From Octopus sinensis (lineage: Eukaryota), in the NCBI RefSeq assembly GCF_006345805.1, contig NC_043009.1, forward strand, positions 35,402,001 to 35,466,000: DNA of 64,000 bases, written 5' to 3'. The notes under the pieces are model-generated. The model saw only the letters and a program-made list of their open reading frames with translations. It searched no databases and was not told the origin of the DNA. The position numbers and the translations under genes are program-made. Below are positions 62,266 to 64,000 of this stretch, piece after piece (position 1 is the first letter of the stretch; every line of letters begins with the position of its first letter).

Positions 62266-63269
62266 GTCAGTTTCTGGCGCATAGATTTTGAATGTTAGAG
62301 GCTTTAGCAATCATGGATATGAATGATGTCGAACATAGCAAATAGTAATTTTCATGCTTTAAAAAATGCTAAACGTTATATCAATAAAGCCTTAAAGAGA
62401 AGTCATCATAAATATTGATTAGTAACATTATGGCGAGGTTTTGAATATGTAAGCACAAAGTATAATCGATCGCAACGGAACCAGCTCATGGTTAATGATC
62501 ATTTTTATTGGTCTGAAGTGATGAAATATCTTAAATCTCTTTGAGATCCTTCTCTGACACGAGATATTACAGTTAGTGCTGTTCAATGTTTATATATATA
62601 TATATTATAAATATAAGACTCATCGGTATTTTATATTAAACAATTTTTTCATATTTCCTTATTCCTTTTATGTTTGATTGTAAAAATAGCGTTGCTAAAA
62701 CCATTAGTTCATTGAAGTTTTACGACTTTCCGGCAACATCAAGATGAAGTGTTGGTAGTAATGGTGCACATTTTGCTGCAGGTCACATGAATTTTGAGAA
62801 TACAACGATTAAGTCCTGGCAGATTTTATGAGTACTCTACACGTAATGTAGCTACGTGTTGATTTTCCTTTGTAATTTGCTATTATTGAAACTTTCATAA
62901 TTAGCCTTCTCATTTGTGTTTTTATGGAATACTACGATAAAGATCTATACTTATGTGACCATAGAACATTTTGAGTTATGAAGTTTACAGCATACTATTT
63001 TGTTAGTCTGGAGTATATTTATAGATTTTTTTGCCCTCAGGTTTCTTGTTGAGGAAATAATCAATTTTGTTGCTTTAGTTTTCTAAAATATTCTATAACT
63101 TTCAGGTATGCTGTGATAGATGAATATTTATAATATATCAGCCATGTTGTAACTACTAGAGTGCATCTGCATTTTGCAGAACAGAATATAATTAGTGCAT
63201 GTTTTATATTTAGTGTGTAGCTATATTGGTTAGACGCTATGATAAATCGTTAGCCACAACACACATTCT

Positions 63270-63455
63270 TTTCTCTCCTTTTTTTCGCTCCTTTTTTCTC
63301 TCCTTGTTTTTTCTGTGACCCTTTCTTTAGAAGAGCGTAGGCTCGAAACATAAAATACTTTTTCTATTCCTGAGCGTTATACTAATACATCTGTTTGTTT
63401 TGTACACCACCTGTCTTCGTCTTTTGTTTTTTTTTTCGTAAACACTCCCTATATA
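63270..63455 (+). mobile_element. PLE pLTR fragment with a degenerate minimal hammerhead (63322-63356)
   Basis: CTTTAGA-a-gagc[gtag]gctc-GAAA-ca-TA. Same architecture as 20244-20276 but with core and stem III mutated; tail shared with 48495-48580. Confidence 0.6.
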
Positions 63456-63644
63456 TTGGTTATATTAGTTTGGAAAGACTTGTTTTTGTATTGTTCTATG
63501 ATCTGGTCTTTCAATTTATTATGTTAGTCATTTATAACTAGTCTTTGTTGGAAATATTACATAGTGGAGGCACTATACATACATATGCAATCATAGTTTT
63601 GCGTTTTGTAAATACTGATGCTTCATATGTATTATTGTGGAGTA

Positions 63645-63830
63645 GCATGGCCTAGCTGTTAGGGTATGCACTCATGGACGCAAGATTCTGCTTTCACAAC
63701 CTGAATCAGGTCATATATTGTGAACCTGAGGAAAACACTTCAATTTATGTTGCTCCAGGTCACTCAACTGGCAAAAATGAGAAACCCGATGACGGAGCGG
63801 TGTCTCATCCATGAAACATATAAGCCGCAG
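63645..63830 (+). mobile_element. Diverged SINE family C copy
   Basis: gcatggcctagctgttag...gaggaaaacacttcaatttatgttgctccaggtcactcaactgg aligns with 60630-60770. Confidence 0.6.
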
Positions 63831-64000
63831 AATCCGGGAGACTATGGCACGGGAAGAACCTTTGAGCTTTTTGATCCCAATTATTCCTTATTCCTACATT
63901 TTTTTCGGAAGATGGAATTGCATGTTGATCAGAATACATTATGCTACAACTACAATGCACGGTAATTATAATGATGGAATTATTTATCTTTGTCATCTGT

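Overview
AT-rich, microsatellite-dense eukaryotic DNA made almost entirely of transposable-element debris. The SINE families and repeat style look cephalopod (Octopus-like); this is inferred from recalled repeat sequences, not from a search. I found no host protein-coding gene, rRNA, true tRNA or CRISPR array that I can support. Recognisable elements: Tx1/L1-clade LINE pieces (1-0.3 kb, 9.7-11.2 kb inside a (GATA)n array, 40.8-44.2 kb); two R4/Dong-like RLE LINE fragments; an RTE remnant; Ty3/Gypsy pol remnants; hAT, pogo/Tigger and Tc1/mariner-like remnants; a Helitron with both termini but no Rep domain (23.9-26.1 kb); three families of tRNA-derived SINEs; and many Penelope-like element (PLE) pieces. 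Two observations stand out. (1) Repeated non-coding fold-back palindromes whose arms each carry a minimal type-I hammerhead ribozyme motif with a self-complementary stem III (32.0-32.25, 49.27-49.57 and 58.94-59.48 kb; degenerate at 1.85-3.47 and 13.07-13.3 kb), plus singleton motifs. (2) A tRNA-derived SINE whose 3' tail matches the 3' end of the Tx1-like LINE and whose three clean insertions all have AATAT at the 3'-side target-site duplication. All coordinates, alignments and translations were done by eye; boundaries are approximate.
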